A stretch of 64,000 nucleotides of DNA from a virus, in IMG/VR virus record IMGVR_UViG_3300036790_000468, positions 63,505 through 127,504 of that record; one strand, written 5' to 3'. The stretch's first letter is position 1, and every line of letters starts with the position of its first letter. Below, in pieces: positions 19,154-28,634 of this stretch. The notes under the pieces are model-generated. The model had not been told where the DNA came from and did no database searches. It was given only the letters and a program-made list of their open reading frames with translations. Made by a program: the position numbers and the translations under genes.

Positions 19154-21750
19154 ATCGACGCTGTGGCCGGCCCATCGCCGGCGCCCGCTTTTGGGCCCGG
19201 ATCAGCGTCCTTACCGAAGACCGCGGTCACACCGACCGCGTCGGGCGCGACGATCCCCGCGTCCAGCGCCTGGTCGGTGAGCAGGTGCTCGAAGCGGAAC
19301 GCCCGCTCGTGCGCCGCGGCGCCGCCCTTGGCCAGCCACCGCTGATAGGTGCTCGCCTCGGCCCAGCCCTCCGGGCTGATCGCCTTGTGGCTGGCCCGGG
19401 TGTCCTCGTCCTCGGTGGGGTGCTTGGGTTCGGGCCCGGAAGGGCTCGTGAGCTGCTGGTTGTGCAGCGTGTCCCACGGGCCGATCTCGGCATGGACCTG
19501 GCCGACCCAGGCGAGCGCGGGCCGGCCGAGGTTGCGGAACGCGCTGGAACGGTGGTGGCCGTCGACCACGATGTCCTGCTCGCCGTGCGGGGTGCGCACG
19601 AGGATGATCGGGCTCTGTTTGCCCCTCTTGATCCGCTTCTCGAACCGGGCGACCTTCTCCGGCTCGTGCGCGGCCCGCCACGTGTCAGCGTTAGAAAAAT
19701 CAATCTGGCGCAACGGCACCTCGACCGGGCCGCGCCAGTCCGCCTTGAGCACCCACCCGAGCGCGGAGCGCGGGTAGTCCGCCAGCAGCTGGTCGAACAC
19801 CGCGTGCGCGGCCTCGGCGCCGGACAGTACCTGGTCAACGGTGGCGCCCTTCGCTGCGGCGGAGGCCTTGGCCGGCTTGCCCTTCCCCGCCTTCGCCGGC
19901 TTTCCCGGCTTCGGCGCCTTCGGGCCCTTCCCGGTAGTGGGAGCGGCGTCTGACGACGCGCCAGCGCTGCGGGTCGGGGCCGGCTGGGCGGGCTGCCCGG
20001 GGTTGTCGCTGGCCGGTGGGGCGCCGGGGGTGTCCTCCTCCGGGCTCGCGCTGCCGGGGGCTGCACCGGCTTCGGGGCCGCCGGAGCCGGGGGGTGCCTG
20101 GGCAGGCTCGATGAGCATCCCGGGCGGCGCGGTCTCCGACGCGCCCTCCAGGAAAACTACGCCGCGTGCGGTCTGCAGCTGAGGCATGTCAGCCTCTTTA
20201 AACGCGTAGCGTGGCTTGCCCTGCCGGTCGCGGTCCTCGTTAATCGTCAGGCGCCCGGATTGGACCCGGTTCTGCGCCACCTCGTCCTGCGCGGCCTCGT
20301 CCTCGGACTCGAGTCCGAGGAATCGGAAGGTCAGCTCGGACGGCGCGTTGAGAAACGCCTGGGAGAGTTCGACGATGATCTCTTGGAGGGCCTCGGTCGT
20401 CGGCCTGGTGCCGATCCGGTACTGGATGTCCTCCTGGCCCTCGTGGAAGCCCGTCGAGCCCAGGCCTCCGGGCTCCTGGAACCCGAGCTCGGAGCTCATC
20501 AGGTCAAAGAACCCTGCGACCATTTTGATCAAGTGGAGGTCGTAGTCCGGCTTGTACTGCGACTCCAGGCTCGACGGGAGGACCGGCTTGAACCCCTTCG
20601 GCGGGATGACCACGCGCTGGCGGGCCGCGGTGTTCCCGGCCAGCTCGTCGTTGAGGTCCGCCTGCCACTGCCTGCGCTGGAGCAGGGTCAACTGCTCGCC
20701 GTTGTAGTCCGGCACGAGCCACGCGCGCGGGATCACCCCGTCGTCGTACTCCGAGAGCATCCAGCCCTGCCGGCGCAGGTACAGGCGCGCGGAGACCAGC
20801 GCCTGCTCGACCGGCGGAAGCCCGTACGGCGACCCCTTCGGGCGCGGGTTCTCCCGGTGGTAGTAGAGCTGGTCGCCGATGTACGCGTTCGGGACGACGA
20901 TGCCCTGCGCGGTGCGCTCGAGCGTAGGTGTGAACTCGCCGCGGGGGAATCCGTAGAGCTCCTGCTGGTACGCGGGGTGCGGGGCGACCGGGAGCGCGCC
21001 GCGGTTGTCGCGTAGCGGCTTGATCGTGTCCCCGGAGATGATCTCCAGGTCGGTCACCGTGCGCCCGTAGGTCATCCGCGGGTAGACAGCGACCGCGTCC
21101 AGGGCGAGGTGGTCTTCGAGCAGGGCGTTGACCCACACGCCGAAGCTCATGTTGTTCGACTTCCAGGGCTTGCGCCAGAACTCGGTCAGTCGGCCGATCT
21201 CCGGCTGCAGGCGCTGGCGCAGCTCGTACTCGACGTCGTCGCGAGAGGCGGTGCCGCGCGGGTGCGCGCCCATCGCGACCTCGATCGCGTCATCCGAGAT
21301 CACCCACGCCCACCGCAAGCCTCGGATGTGCTTTTTGCGCAGCTGAATGCACCTGCGGATGATGTCGACATTCATCGACGCGCCGCGCAGCACGTGCCAG
21401 GGCAGCGGGCGCCCGGAGCCCGGGAGGTTGGCTCCGACGTCGTACTCGTCGATGCGCGGCTCCGGCCGCCCCGAACCGTCCGGGCGCGCCGGGTCGAGCG
21501 GCGCCGGAATCAGCGGGTGCATCGGGCCGAACGGCACGAGGTCCATCGGGTCGCGCGGCATCGCGCGCATCCCGTACATGCCCTCGCGCGGGATCTGGCC
21601 GGCGCCGGTGAGCGTGTTGATCGCGTCGAGCGCGCTCATCATCGCCGGCGCCGTCGCCGAGCGGTGGCTTGCGGCCGCGGCCCGCTGGGCGAGCGCGGGC
21701 GAAACCGACTTCCCCGCGATCCGGCTGCGGACCCGCGTGAGCACGCTCAT
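19150..21750 (-). CDS. Portal protein with C-terminal ParB/Srx-like domain
   Basis: Portal motifs (LLEDHLALDA, PYGLPPVEQ, LTINEDRDRQG); Pro/Ala linker; PIILV..VVDGHHR. Confidence 0.9.
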   Translation of the reverse strand: MSVLTRVRSRIAGKSVSPALAQRAAAASHRSATAPAMMSALDAINTLTGAGQIPREGMYGMRAMPRDPMDLVPFGPMHPLIPAPLDPARPDGSGRPEPRIDEYDVGANLPGSGRPLPWHVLRGASMNVDIIRRCIQLRKKHIRGLRWAWVISDDAIEVAMGAHPRGTASRDDVEYELRQRLQPEIGRLTEFWRKPWKSNNMSFGVWVNALLEDHLALDAVAVYPRMTYGRTVTDLEIISGDTIKPLRDNRGALPVAPHPAYQQELYGFPRGEFTPTLERTAQGIVVPNAYIGDQLYYHRENPRPKGSPYGLPPVEQALVSARLYLRRQGWMLSEYDDGVIPRAWLVPDYNGEQLTLLQRRQWQADLNDELAGNTAARQRVVIPPKGFKPVLPSSLESQYKPDYDLHLIKMVAGFFDLMSSELGFQEPGGLGSTGFHEGQEDIQYRIGTRPTTEALQEIIVELSQAFLNAPSELTFRFLGLESEDEAAQDEVAQNRVQSGRLTINEDRDRQGKPRYAFKEADMPQLQTARGVVFLEGASETAPPGMLIEPAQAPPGSGGPEAGAAPGSASPEEDTPGAPPASDNPGQPAQPAPTRSAGASSDAAPTTGKGPKAPKPGKPAKAGKGKPAKASAAAKGATVDQVLSGAEAAHAVFDQLLADYPRSALGWVLKADWRGPVEVPLRQIDFSNADTWRAAHEPEKVARFEKRIKRGKQSPIILVRTPHGEQDIVVDGHHRSSAFRNLGRPALAWVGQVHAEIGPWDTLHNQQLTSPSGPEPKHPTEDEDTRASHKAISPEGWAEASTYQRWLAKGGAAAHERAFRFEHLLTDQALDAGIVAPDAVGVTAVFGKDADPGPKAGAGDGPATASM

Positions 21751-21929
21751 GCGGGCCTCGCCGTCGGCCGGGTCGTGCGACCGGCTTCGATCGGCCGGCG
21801 GGCCCCCCCGCAGGCCGGGCACACCCAGACCACCGGGCCGCCGGTGCGCGAGCGCCGGGCCTCAGGGGCCTGCTGGGACGGGCAGTGCTCGCAGTATGCG
21901 AACCACGGCAGGGGGCTCTTCTTCGCCAT
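21747..21929 (-). CDS. Small zinc-finger protein
   Basis: CEHC...CPACG; overlaps portal start. Confidence 0.6.
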   Translation of the reverse strand: MAKKSPLPWFAYCEHCPSQQAPEARRSRTGGPVVWVCPACGGARRPIEAGRTTRPTARPA

Positions 21930-21932
21930 CGG

Positions 21933-23477
21933 TTACCCGCCTCCCTTACTCGCGGCCAGCTCGCTCATGTACTCGTCGGTCTCGGCGAAGTGGACGTAGA
22001 ACCTCGCGAGCGCCTGGGTGGTCGCATCGACCCGGTCGTCGTGGCTCGCCCGCGGGAAACTGCAGAGCTCTTCGACGTAGTCGCCGATCCAGGGCGCCAG
22101 GGAGGGGTGCGGGAGGTGGACGTTGCGGGCCTCGAACAGCGGGCTCACGGCGTGCGCGCGGGCGAGCTTGGAGTCGACCGGGGTGATCGGGATCAGGCCC
22201 GGCACTTTGCGCCTCAATGTATTGATGACGGCGGGGCCGTTGGCCTTGTCCTCTACGAGGATCGCGATGGACTGCGGCCACTTGTGGTGCAGGGCCTCTG
22301 TGGCCTGGCAGGTGCTGGTGAAATCCAGTCGGTCATAGACCTGGTCGAGCAGGAAGCAGTCCGCGCCCCGCCGGCCCCACACCTGGCCGCACACGAAGTC
22401 CGAGCCATCGGTGTCCTTGAACGCCATGTCCCAGCTGGTGATCACCGAGTCCACGCCGAGAGCGCGCCAGGCTCCGTCCGGCATCTGGACGCAGCGCGGC
22501 TCCTCGTAGAACACGATGTGCTCGCGCTTGAAGACCGCGCCCTCACCCGGCGAGGGGCGGCCCTGATACAGCGCGTTGAAACCGCGCGCGCCGACCTGCC
22601 GGCGGATGCGCTCCCACATCCGGCGCGTGCGCAGCCGCGCGGAGCGCAGCCAGGTCCCCGGTTCCCGGCCGAGCGGGTCGGACTCGCCTTCCTCCGGCTT
22701 GTGGTCGGCCAGGGCCGGGATGTTGATGTGCGTCCACTCCTCGGCGGATTCCGAGGCGAGCAGTCGGCCGGCGAGATCATCCTCATGCCAGCGGGTCATC
22801 AGCAGCACGACGGAGCTGCCGGGGCCCAGCCGGGTCGCGCCGACCTCGGTCCACCAGGCCCACGCGTTCTCGCGGTAGGTCTCCGAGTCGGCCTCGGCGC
22901 GGCCCTTGACCGGGTCGTCGATGATCATGACATCGACGGGGCGCCCCGTCAGGGCGCCGCCGATGCCGACGGTGACGACGCCGCCCTGGTGGCCTTCGAG
23001 CTGCCACTCCTGCGCCGCGGAGGTGTCGCGCCGCACGGACAGGCCGAGCTCGGGGTGGCTCCAGATGTCGTTGCGGATCGCCCGGCCCCAGCGGCGCGCG
23101 ATCCCCGCCTCGTAGGAGACGATCGCGATCCGCAACTCCGGATTGTGCAACAACAGCCACAGGGGAAAGGACCTTGATACTCTCTGGCTCTTGCCCTCCT
23201 GCGGGGGCATCGTCCAGATCAGCCGGTCCAGCGATCCGTCGTGGACCTTCCGGAGGTGCTCGTCGAGCAGTTCGAGCGCCTCGGTCTCGATCATCCGGAA
23301 ATCGAGCCGCTTGGCCAGCGCGCCCGGGGTGGGCAGCGCGGCCGCCGAGCGCCGGCGCGCCTCGTCGCGCTCCCGGGCCCGCAGGACCCGGACGGCCTCG
23401 AGCTTCTGGAGGCGGCTAGGCTTCGGGCTCGCCGTAGGCCGCGACGAGGCGGGCGTACTCAGCGTCGAGGGCGTCAT
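21933..23477 (-). CDS. terL: Terminase large subunit
   Basis: Walker A MPPQEGKS, Walker B IIDDPVKG, MTRWHEDD, nuclease SWDMA..VEDKANG..HDDRVDA. Confidence 0.97.
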   Translation of the reverse strand: MTPSTLSTPASSRPTASPKPSRLQKLEAVRVLRARERDEARRRSAAALPTPGALAKRLDFRMIETEALELLDEHLRKVHDGSLDRLIWTMPPQEGKSQRVSRSFPLWLLLHNPELRIAIVSYEAGIARRWGRAIRNDIWSHPELGLSVRRDTSAAQEWQLEGHQGGVVTVGIGGALTGRPVDVMIIDDPVKGRAEADSETYRENAWAWWTEVGATRLGPGSSVVLLMTRWHEDDLAGRLLASESAEEWTHINIPALADHKPEEGESDPLGREPGTWLRSARLRTRRMWERIRRQVGARGFNALYQGRPSPGEGAVFKREHIVFYEEPRCVQMPDGAWRALGVDSVITSWDMAFKDTDGSDFVCGQVWGRRGADCFLLDQVYDRLDFTSTCQATEALHHKWPQSIAILVEDKANGPAVINTLRRKVPGLIPITPVDSKLARAHAVSPLFEARNVHLPHPSLAPWIGDYVEELCSFPRASHDDRVDATTQALARFYVHFAETDEYMSELAASKGGG

Positions 23478-23928
23478 CGCTGATCCCCCCTGCAGCAGCC
23501 GGCTCCGTTCCCGGGTTGAGCTTCGCGACCCGCTCCTGGATCTTGACCATGCGGTCGATAGCGGCGTACCGCGGCGCGTAGTCGATCTTGAATGAGCCGT
23601 CCGGGTTCAACATCAACTTCCCGGCCTGGCTGTGCTCGTAGTGCACAGCCTCGAGAGCCTCCATCGCTTTCTCGGTCATGATCTCGAGTTGCAGCATCTG
23701 CACCGCGCGCAGATCCTCGGCCGCCTCAGCCGGGATCGCGGCCAGCGCCGCGTTCACCGCCCGGCGGGCGTTGTGCCGGTCCCCGTACCCGAGCTCCTCG
23801 GCAATCCGCGGATATGAGATGCCGCGCGCCTTCATCCGGCAGGCCTCGGCGTCGCGCTCGGCGCTCTCCGGCGTGCGGGTATAGCGGCCGATCGAGTCAC
23901 GGCCTTTGAGACCGCTGGTCTCGGTCAT
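23416..23928 (-). CDS. terS: Terminase small subunit (HTH)
   Basis: GISYPRIAEELGY HTH immediately upstream of TerL. Confidence 0.8.
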   Translation of the reverse strand: MTETSGLKGRDSIGRYTRTPESAERDAEACRMKARGISYPRIAEELGYGDRHNARRAVNAALAAIPAEAAEDLRAVQMLQLEIMTEKAMEALEAVHYEHSQAGKLMLNPDGSFKIDYAPRYAAIDRMVKIQERVAKLNPGTEPAAAGGISDDALDAEYARLVAAYGEPEA

Positions 23929-23977
23929 GGCTGCCTCCCTCTCCGGCGGGGATGACGACGTGCGTGCCAGACGCTCG

Positions 23978-25981
23978 CTACGGGACGAGGGTCCACGCCC
24001 AGGACGGCGTCCCGGAGTACGTCAGGGTGATCGAGTGGCCCGAGGGCACCGTGAAAGCCCCGGACGTCGAGAGTTGGTTGACACCGTCGATGGCGACCTC
24101 GGTGACGGTGCCCCCGGCGAGGTGGATCTGCGCGTTGCGCCAGAACGGATTGAGCAGCGCAGTTCCGCTCGACGGGATGGTCGGTGGTGTGACGGGCCCG
24201 ACGGCCTGGTCCAGGTTGGTGATCTCCAGGGCGATCGTGCCGTTGACGACGTCGACGGCGGTGGCGCCCGAGCTCATCGCGGCGCTCAGGCTCGCGCCGG
24301 AGTTGCCGTTGCTCGCGATCCCGATGCGCCCGACTGCCGGGGTGGTCGAGACGTCTTTGACGATCGCGCCGGAGCCCCATTCCACGTCGAGGCAGTTGAT
24401 GTCGAGTTTGTTGAATCCGCCGTTGAGTACGACGAGGTTCACGCAGTTCTCGATCGAGACGTAGTCGAAGTGGTTGCGGTGCGGGAATCCCGACCCGGAG
24501 AAGGCGACGAGGCCGTCGTAGCAGTTGATCAGCCGTACGTTCGCGCCCTGAACGTGCTCGTAGACCTGCAGGCCGATCACGAGGCCTTCGCAGGAGAAGT
24601 TCCCGATGTTGCACTGGTCGTTGTTGCCAGGCAGTGGCATGGCGACCCCGAAAGCCCAGTTCGGGTCGGGGATCTGCGGGGCGCCGGTGGATGCGGAGAG
24701 CGCGAGCACCGCGGCGTTCGGCAGGTTGGCCGAGCCCATGCAACGGAAGTCCGCGCCGCAGATCTGCGGGTTCGTCGGCACCTCGATCGAGACGCCGTCC
24801 ATCACGACCTGCACGTTCGACCACGAACTCGGGGGGTCGCCCATGAAGTGCGGGCTCGGACCGCCGATGACACTGACCTCACCGGTGGCCGGCAGGCTCG
24901 CTCCGGCCGCCCAGGTCGAACGCAGGACCGCGCCGGCGCGCTGCGGCGTGGTCTGCTCCCAGTTGTACAGAGCCGTCTGGTCGCGGGTGCCGACGAACGC
25001 GAGGACGAGGTGCTGCGCCGACTGCGGCTGTGCGGGGATCGGCAGCTGCGCGGAGCCGAGGAACGTCGCCCCGTTGAAAGCCGCACCGGTGATCGGTGCC
25101 GAGGCCAGGAGGTAGGTGGCCGGGTCGAGCAGGATCTCGGCGTAGCCGTGGTTGGCGACCGCGTAGTTGAACGCCGCGGCGACCGCGGCGCGGATCGCGG
25201 CGGTGTCGTCCGTAGCGTTATCGCCCGCGGCGCCGTAGGCCTTCACATAGAACTGCCACGGCTCGTAGGGGTGGGTGTGGCCGCTGTCAGCGGCCAGCCC
25301 GAGAGAGCCAGCCGCCCCGACACCGACCGGCTCGATGTGCGCGGCGGTCCCGTCGATCTGGATGACGCCCGCCGCCGAGGTGGAGGCGCCCGGGGGAGCC
25401 GATGGAGTGCCGTGCTGGTGGTCCCCGCGCGAATAGGCACTCGCAGTACCCGGCGCTGACCCGATCCCGTAACTGGTCGCCGCCTGCACTGTCGAGGAGG
25501 GCGTTCCGCCGCCGCCTCCGCCGGGCTCCCAGCTCGCCGTCGACGAGCTCGTCGCTGTGAGCACGTTCCCGGCCTCGGGCGTCCCGGACGCGGCGATCGG
25601 CGTGGTGGTCGTGATGACCGTCGATGCCGGCGGCAGCGGGGAGGCGGGGGAGAATTTTGAGACGTCGACGCTCTCGCCGAGGGTGGAGGGCAGCAGGACC
25701 GGGAACGCCCGGGTCGGGATGGGCCCGGTGAGGTACTCGGCGAAGTTCCAGACCCAGCCTGTCGGGATGAGGTTCTCGTTATCGGTGCACGGCAACATGA
25801 TCGAGAATTTGCCGCCGTCGAGGTTGACCGTGACCGGGGCCGCGCGCAGGATCACCAGACCGGTCTGGTCGGTCAGGTCGTTGCTCGGGGTGAAGGTGAC
25901 GCACCCGCCCATCGGGCCGCCGGCGCCGGTGGGGTAGGTGCCCGTGACCGTGATCAGTGTGAGGTCGTCCGGCAGCAGCAC
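23978..25981 (-). CDS. Tailspike/depolymerase-like protein (pectate lyase 3-type beta-helix)
   Basis: Actinophage tail-fibre-like N-terminal domain; VKAYGAAGDNATDDTAAIRAA motif; beta-helix-like C-terminus. Confidence 0.75.
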   Translation of the reverse strand: MLLPDDLTLITVTGTYPTGAGGPMGGCVTFTPSNDLTDQTGLVILRAAPVTVNLDGGKFSIMLPCTDNENLIPTGWVWNFAEYLTGPIPTRAFPVLLPSTLGESVDVSKFSPASPLPPASTVITTTTPIAASGTPEAGNVLTATSSSTASWEPGGGGGGTPSSTVQAATSYGIGSAPGTASAYSRGDHQHGTPSAPPGASTSAAGVIQIDGTAAHIEPVGVGAAGSLGLAADSGHTHPYEPWQFYVKAYGAAGDNATDDTAAIRAAVAAAFNYAVANHGYAEILLDPATYLLASAPITGAAFNGATFLGSAQLPIPAQPQSAQHLVLAFVGTRDQTALYNWEQTTPQRAGAVLRSTWAAGASLPATGEVSVIGGPSPHFMGDPPSSWSNVQVVMDGVSIEVPTNPQICGADFRCMGSANLPNAAVLALSASTGAPQIPDPNWAFGVAMPLPGNNDQCNIGNFSCEGLVIGLQVYEHVQGANVRLINCYDGLVAFSGSGFPHRNHFDYVSIENCVNLVVLNGGFNKLDINCLDVEWGSGAIVKDVSTTPAVGRIGIASNGNSGASLSAAMSSGATAVDVVNGTIALEITNLDQAVGPVTPPTIPSSGTALLNPFWRNAQIHLAGGTVTEVAIDGVNQLSTSGAFTVPSGHSITLTYSGTPSWAWTLVP

Positions 25982-26021
25982 GCGTCACCGCCCCGGCCGC
26001 CAGGCTGCGGCACGTCTCGAG

Positions 26022-26516
26022 TCAGCGCGCGGGTGCGAGGCGAGCGATCTCGCTCGGCGTCACGTAGCCGGCCCACCTGCCGTCATTGAACAACTGCCAC
26101 CCGCCGCGCCGCGCCGCCTCGTCGACCCACTGCGAGCAGATCATGTGGTGGGTCGAGCCGATGTAGGCGCGCAGGCCGGGGGCCGGGATGTGCAGCCGGT
26201 GCGCGGCGAGCGCCCCGTAGTCAAGGTACGAATACGGGGTGCCGAGCATGGCCCGGGCCGCGGCGACCACCGCGGTGCGGTACTCATCGGGGCACGGAAC
26301 CCAGATGATGGACGCTGGCACATACTCGTCGAGGTCGAACTCCCGCGCTCCTCCGGGCTGCGCCTCACCAGCCCGGCCGCCCCCGAACGCCATGAGGCAG
26401 TGCTCGGCGGTGGTGAACCCGTCTCCGTTGGCCCACTCCAGGAGCTCGATCACGTGCCCGGCCTCGCCGCGGATCTGCGTGCACCCGATGTCGCCGGGCT
26501 GCGGGTCGTACGGCAT
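26022..26516 (-). CDS. Permuted papain-like NlpC/P60 (YiiX/YebB-type) hydrolase
   Basis: QPGDI..H..GTPYSY..MICSQWV; His precedes catalytic Cys. Confidence 0.8.
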   Translation of the reverse strand: MPYDPQPGDIGCTQIRGEAGHVIELLEWANGDGFTTAEHCLMAFGGGRAGEAQPGGAREFDLDEYVPASIIWVPCPDEYRTAVVAAARAMLGTPYSYLDYGALAAHRLHIPAPGLRAYIGSTHHMICSQWVDEAARRGGWQLFNDGRWAGYVTPSEIARLAPAR

Positions 26517-26951
26517 CTACCCGTCCCCGCTCCCGGCCGGCGCCGGCTCCCCGACTCGCATCTCCGCCACGAGGTACCGGTGTCGGACAGTGCGGTACCG
26601 CTCGCCGGTGAATTCGGCGTCCATCCGGTCGAGTTCCACTGCCTGCGCCGGGGTGAGGGTGCCTTGGTTCCCGAGCGAGCGGCGGCCGCGTTCGCAGTGC
26701 GCGCGGTACTCATCGGTTGGCACCGGCGTGAGCGGAGTGCCACGCAGCGGTTCTCCGCTCTCGTTGCAGAACTCGACGAGCTGACAGTGAACGAACGTGT
26801 CGATACCCGCGTTCATGTGCAGCTCGAGCGCGCCTGGTAGAGGTTCGCCGCTGTCCGCGTCGACGATGCTGATGGCGCTCGTAGGGAGCAGTTCGCTGGG
26901 CGCGGCTGGCCATGTGATGATGACCCGGCCGTCGAAGTCCATCCGGCTCAT
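26517..26951 (-). CDS. Hypothetical protein
   Basis: Tightly packed co-oriented ORF. Confidence 0.65.
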   Translation of the reverse strand: MSRMDFDGRVIITWPAAPSELLPTSAISIVDADSGEPLPGALELHMNAGIDTFVHCQLVEFCNESGEPLRGTPLTPVPTDEYRAHCERGRRSLGNQGTLTPAQAVELDRMDAEFTGERYRTVRHRYLVAEMRVGEPAPAGSGDG

Positions 26952-26952
26952 C

Positions 26953-27576
26953 TCAGGCCGATTCATCGTTGGTGACGACGTACCAGTCCTCGGCGAGCAC
27001 ATCGCTTTGGGATGCGAGCCACGGCACGAGAGAGCCCTGCGCCGTCATGATGTCGATATGCGGCTTGTAGACGACCTGCTGGCCCACGAGCTCGGGGGCA
27101 GCGAGCCCCAGCGGCCGGTCGGCAATGACCGTGATCGTCGAGCCCGGCACCAGGATGAGCCACTGGCCGGGAGCGTTGAAGCCCTCGCGAGAGACCCGAG
27201 CACCGGCCCGCAGTGCGGCGACGGCGCGCCCGAAGTCCATCAGGCGACTGCTCTCAGTGAGGAAGTTGCCGATGGTCGCAGCGAGGGGGTGGGACGGCTG
27301 GTAGGCGACCGTACGGTAGCCGTTCTTGTTGGCCGCGGACCAGCGCTCGAGCTGCTCGGGGCTCGGCCGGTCCGCGAAAAGCGCGACCGAGGTGAGCCAC
27401 AGTGTCTCGGCGCTGTCGCCGTGCACGCGCAGGTTCACGGGCTGCCGCTCGACTCCGTCGAGCTCGAACGGGTCTCCCCACGTCCTCACGACCAGCGCTG
27501 GGGCGATGTCGGAGCCGTTGTTCTGGCTCGGGTCGAGCAGGACGTGGACGACCTCGCCGATCCGTGCACCGTGCAT
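26953..27576 (-). CDS. DUF2829 (Tad2-like) domain protein with extra N-terminal domain
   Basis: MDFGRAVAALRAGARVSREGFN...PHIDI...VPWLASQSDVLAEDW is the DUF2829 signature. Confidence 0.85.
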   Translation of the reverse strand: MHGARIGEVVHVLLDPSQNNGSDIAPALVVRTWGDPFELDGVERQPVNLRVHGDSAETLWLTSVALFADRPSPEQLERWSAANKNGYRTVAYQPSHPLAATIGNFLTESSRLMDFGRAVAALRAGARVSREGFNAPGQWLILVPGSTITVIADRPLGLAAPELVGQQVVYKPHIDIMTAQGSLVPWLASQSDVLAEDWYVVTNDESA

Positions 27577-27578
27577 GC

Positions 27579-27845
27579 CTAGGCCTCCGGCGCGGCCGCG
27601 GGTGCCTCGGCCGGCACTGAAGGATCTGGTGCCGACGCCACGGTCACGCCGGTGACGGCGGTCTCGACGTCGTGTTCGGCGTCGGCTGCGACCTTCTCAC
27701 CGTCGGCCTCAGCCTCGGTCTCGACGGCCGGAGCATCGCCCCTGAGCCTGTCGAAGACGGACCGGAAGGCGTCGGCGAGGTTGTGCTCCTCGTCCTCGAG
27801 CATCGAGATCAGCTTGTGCAGCTCGGTGAGCGCGGCGTTTGCCAT
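27579..27845 (-). CDS. Small acidic hypothetical protein
   Basis: GGAG RBS; co-oriented. Confidence 0.65.
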   Translation of the reverse strand: MANAALTELHKLISMLEDEEHNLADAFRSVFDRLRGDAPAVETEAEADGEKVAADAEHDVETAVTGVTVASAPDPSVPAEAPAAAPEA

Positions 27846-27848
27846 GAG

Positions 27849-28052
27849 TTACTCCAGTTGGGAGAGGGGTTCGATGTCGCCGACACGGCGCAGCAGCACC
27901 TCAAGGCGCTGTCCTTGCCAGGACCCGGACATCAGGACGGTGCGGCCGTTGTCGATGACGGAGTCGAGCTGGACCTGCTGCTCGGAGCCGTATGGGTCGT
28001 TGCTGCGTACGGCGATGAGATCGCCGACGCGGGGAGGCCGGTAGAAAAGCAT
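27849..28052 (-). CDS. Hypothetical protein
   Basis: 67 aa ORF abutting next gene. Confidence 0.5.
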   Translation of the reverse strand: MLFYRPPRVGDLIAVRSNDPYGSEQQVQLDSVIDNGRTVLMSGSWQGQRLEVLLRRVGDIEPLSQLE

Positions 28053-28079
28053 CTGGCGGTCCGCGGTGTGGGTCGGCTG

Positions 28080-28455
28080 CTCAGCCCGGATCGGTGCGAG
28101 GGTGGCGGTCGGGCTGATCTCGTGCTCCTGGTGGCGCGGGTCGTCGTGTGCTGTACGGGGGTTCCGGCGCGCTGCAGTGTTCCCTCACGAAACCGCGCCG
28201 GAAGAATGGGGGTGAGCGGTGCCCGGGCCGGTGTCGTTGGCTTTTCCGGGCCCAGTGGGCCCTCCACCTCGGCCGACCCGGGCAGCGGGGCGTTCAATGC
28301 GTCGGCGGTTTCGCGTGATCGCTGCCGTCGGCGTCTCTGTGCGGTCCGCCCAAGGCCGCGGCGAGATCTATATCAGAAGTTTGAGGATGCCACGCACATT
28401 TCAGCAGCCAGCGGGCCTGCAGCGCGGGTGCTGCTCCCGGAGCGTGGCCGCACCG
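28080..28455 (-). ncRNA. Putative structured non-coding RNA / late leader
   Basis: Consecutive 7-11 bp stems with no convincing ORF, directly 3' of the tRNA cluster. Confidence 0.4.
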
Positions 28456-28460
28456 TCCCG

Positions 28461-28533
28461 TAGCCGCTGATGGGTTCGAACCACCGACAGCCTCTTTGTA
28501 GGAGAGGAGCTCTGCCAGCTGAGCTAAGCGGCC
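28461..28533 (-). tRNA. tRNA-Val (TAC), C33 variant, no encoded CCA
   Basis: GGCCGCT TA GCTC AGCTGGCA GAGC T CCTCT CCTACAA AGAGG CTGTC GGTGG TTCGAAC CCATC AGCGGCT A. Confidence 0.85.
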
Positions 28534-28561
28534 GTGCCGACCGGTTCCGTCGGCCGGCGGG

Positions 28562-28634
28562 TGGACCAGCGCGGATTCGAACCGCGAACCTGTTCTCTGC
28601 CGAAGAGCCGCTCTGCCGTTGGAGCTACAGGCCC
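28562..28634 (-). tRNA. tRNA-Ala (GGC), G3:U70, C33 variant
   Basis: GGGCCTG TA GCTC CAACGGCA GAGC G GCTCT TCGGCAG AGAAC AGGTT CGCGG TTCGAAT CCGCG CTGGTCC A. Confidence 0.85.

Noticed and set aside
28360-28460. Hammerhead or HDV-like (theta) ribozyme after tRNA-Val
   Set aside because: CTGATATAGA does not fit CUGANGA, and I could not build a clean nested double pseudoknot by eye; left as generic structured RNA
28495-28505. Amber suppressor (CTA) reading of the first tRNA
   Set aside because: The 5-bp stem CCTCT/AGAGG fixes a 7-nt loop CCTACAA whose central triplet is TAC (Val)
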